DNA from: Euglena gracilis
Taxonomy: Eukaryota
Length of the DNA stretch: 64,000 nucleotides
NCBI GenBank assembly: GCA_039621445.1
Contig: CP154954.1
Location: 3,291,715 to 3,355,714, forward strand
Direction of reading: 5' to 3'
Part shown: positions 62,336 through 64,000 of the stretch, in pieces
How the letters are laid out: each line of letters starts with the position of its first letter
Position numbering within the stretch: position 1 is the stretch's first letter
The notes under the pieces: model-generated
Databases searched by the model: none
Seen by the model: the letters and a program-made list of their open reading frames with translations, nothing else
What the model was told of the DNA's origin: nothing
Program-made: the position numbers and the translations under genes

Positions 62336-63993
62336 TTAGTGTGCCGTGATGGTTGCTCCCCGCAATTTGGGTTCCACTTCGATGGCGAAGATCTTACGAT
62401 AGTTGTTCTTGAAGATGAAATTGTGTTCGGTGTCAAGGTATTGAACAACTGATGTTGTCCCCTCGGGGATCCTTGCAAATTGCGTCTTCGCCGACACGTC
62501 CTTCTTTGCACACTCTGTGAAATGTGCCCTTGCAGAATCCCCAATAAACAGCCGCTGTTTGTTGCCCAGGAACGCATCCCACTCTGCATAAATGAGGTTC
62601 ATCAAATCTCCATCCACAACACCTTTTTGTTGGAAGTAAGCGCCGGGACCTTTTTTGTGGTTTGTGGTGTAAAATATCAAACACTGTTTTTTCCCCATTG
62701 GAAACCGAAAACCGGAAGAGCACAATCAAGCACAGCCCCGAAAAACAGACACATCAGGGTGGTACATCGCTGTCTCCTCAGTTGAAATATTCCCCAGACC
62801 TTTGAAAATGACAATTGGCTTTGGCTGCACCACTTCAGTGCCATCCAGGCTGAGAATAACCAAGGGCAGGTACGTGAAGAAGCGCTTGGAATCTTCTGAA
62901 GCGTTCGTTCCAAATGCAATGGTGTCCTCCGTGGACATGCCCTCCTTCAACACCATTGACCGCACAAACTCGCCGTTGAAGCTAACAGGTGCCTCATCAA
63001 AGTTGCCAGCAATCCGTTGCTCGATACACTTTCCCCAGTGATTTAGGCTTCTGTGCATGCTTTCCATACCCAGAAAAACATAATTCAATCAAACAACGTG
63101 CAATACTAACTAATGCGAACACGTCGCTACGTTGACCCCCAGGTTTGCTCGTTATCAAACGAGCAAACCTGGGGGTCTTTTTTTGGGCGCAAATCATTTT
63201 TGGTGTATTATTGCTGCCTAAAAAAAATCCAACTTATATGAACAACGGATTGGACCCCAACAATTTGGAATTGGAAGAATTGGTGCAGTGCTTGTACAAA
63301 GGTGTGGAAAGACGCCAAGCGGTCCATCAAGGTTGCCTTGTCCACCTTCATCGTCGGCTTCTCGCGCTGAAATTTCAGGTGATGTCGACGAACGAACAGC
63401 TCCTGCCAACGGTCGCCCAGCTTTGCCGTGATTCCCAGTTGAGTTCGGATGCAAGCAACCTGGTTCCACAATGCAGCAGGTCGCACCACTCCTTTGGAGG
63501 ACTCGGCGTCATACCATGCCATCACCTTGTCCTCCAGTTCCTGGTGTGCAGGTTTCTTTCCAGGCTTGCCAATACTTTTTCGACTCTGCAGAGACTTGTT
63601 CTTTTTGCGCAAATCTTGTAGCAGCTTCAAAATGCTGTCTTTCTTTTCCACATACTCTCTTACTTGTTTACTGCCTGAACTTTGTGACAAATTGAAAAAC
63701 TTTGCTGTGGCATGCTTGCTCTTTGACACGTTTTCAAAGTGGTAGACAATGCAAGCTTGTGTGAGCAAAGTCGGCCTTTCTCGCTTCTTTTTGTCTTTGG
63801 TTTGCTTGTCGACAACTTGCTTGATAATCCGCAAGACGGCTTCTTTGGCATCTTCCTTTGGTTTGGGATCCCCTGCTCCACTTACTTCAGCAAGGGCGTC
63901 GTCCGCAACTGGGGTCCCTTCTTCAGCATTTGCAATCTCAATGATTAAGTCATCCATGGCTGGGGCCTTTTCTTCTTCTCTGACAACTTCCAA
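62336..63993 (-). CDS. pogo/Tigger-like DDE transposase (CENP-B-type HTH plus DDE_1 domain); exons about 63993-63256, 63004-62744, 62638-62336
   Basis: HTH region (HQELEDKVMAWY...WQELFVRRHHLK); spliced joins QIVG|NFDEAP and HPDVSV|YFQQKG; triad NFDE, GDSARAH, QYLD with 34 residues between the last two Asp. C-terminus may be truncated or further spliced. Confidence 0.88.
62639..62743 (-). other. Nonconventional intron 2 of the transposase
   Basis: ttt-CGGGGCT...GGTCCCG-gcgct; removal gives PDVSVYFQQKG in frame. Confidence 0.75.
63005..63255 (-). other. Nonconventional intron 1 of the transposase
   Basis: gtc-CAATCCGTTGTTC...GAGCAACGGATTG-ctggc; 13-bp terminal stem; removal gives IVGNFDE in frame. 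Confidence 0.85.
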
Positions 63994-64000
63994 CTCTGAG

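Larger units (their letters stand above)
62019..64000 (-). mobile_element. pogo-like DNA transposon, one end and the transposase; continues off the window
   Basis: Terminal GTAAACCCCC...AAAATAAGACCC repeats at 62019-62140 directly downstream of the transposase. Confidence 0.7.

Overview
Eukaryotic, repeat-rich nuclear DNA, most likely from a euglenid (inferred from the intron type, not from a marker gene). The minus strand carries two tandem paralogous class III adenylate cyclase genes. Gene 1 has more than 20 small exons at about 1300-24900 (TM, sensor, TM, HAMP, cyclase) and runs off the left edge. Gene 2 is present as its 3' part, exons 57622 down to the stop at 50470, with its 5' part beyond the right edge. 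None of the introns I could resolve is GT-AG. They have base-paired ends with the geometry exon|NNN-CAG...CTG-NNNNN|exon, as in euglenid nonconventional introns. Introns and intergenic DNA are packed with MITEs that end CA(G/A/T)...(C/T/A)TG and are flanked by 8-bp target-site duplications (TSDs). That 8 bp equals the 3+5 nt lying outside the intron stem, so such an insertion is geometrically a ready-made intron whose excision restores the target. One cyclase intron (14545-14860) still has a perfect 8-bp duplication and MITE termini. A pogo-type DD34D transposase at about 62336-64000, split by two nonconventional introns, sits inside an intron of gene 2. The rest is compound microsatellites, local tandem duplications and a foldback element containing TTAGGG repeats. 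Exon boundaries were derived by eye and may be off by a few nt.
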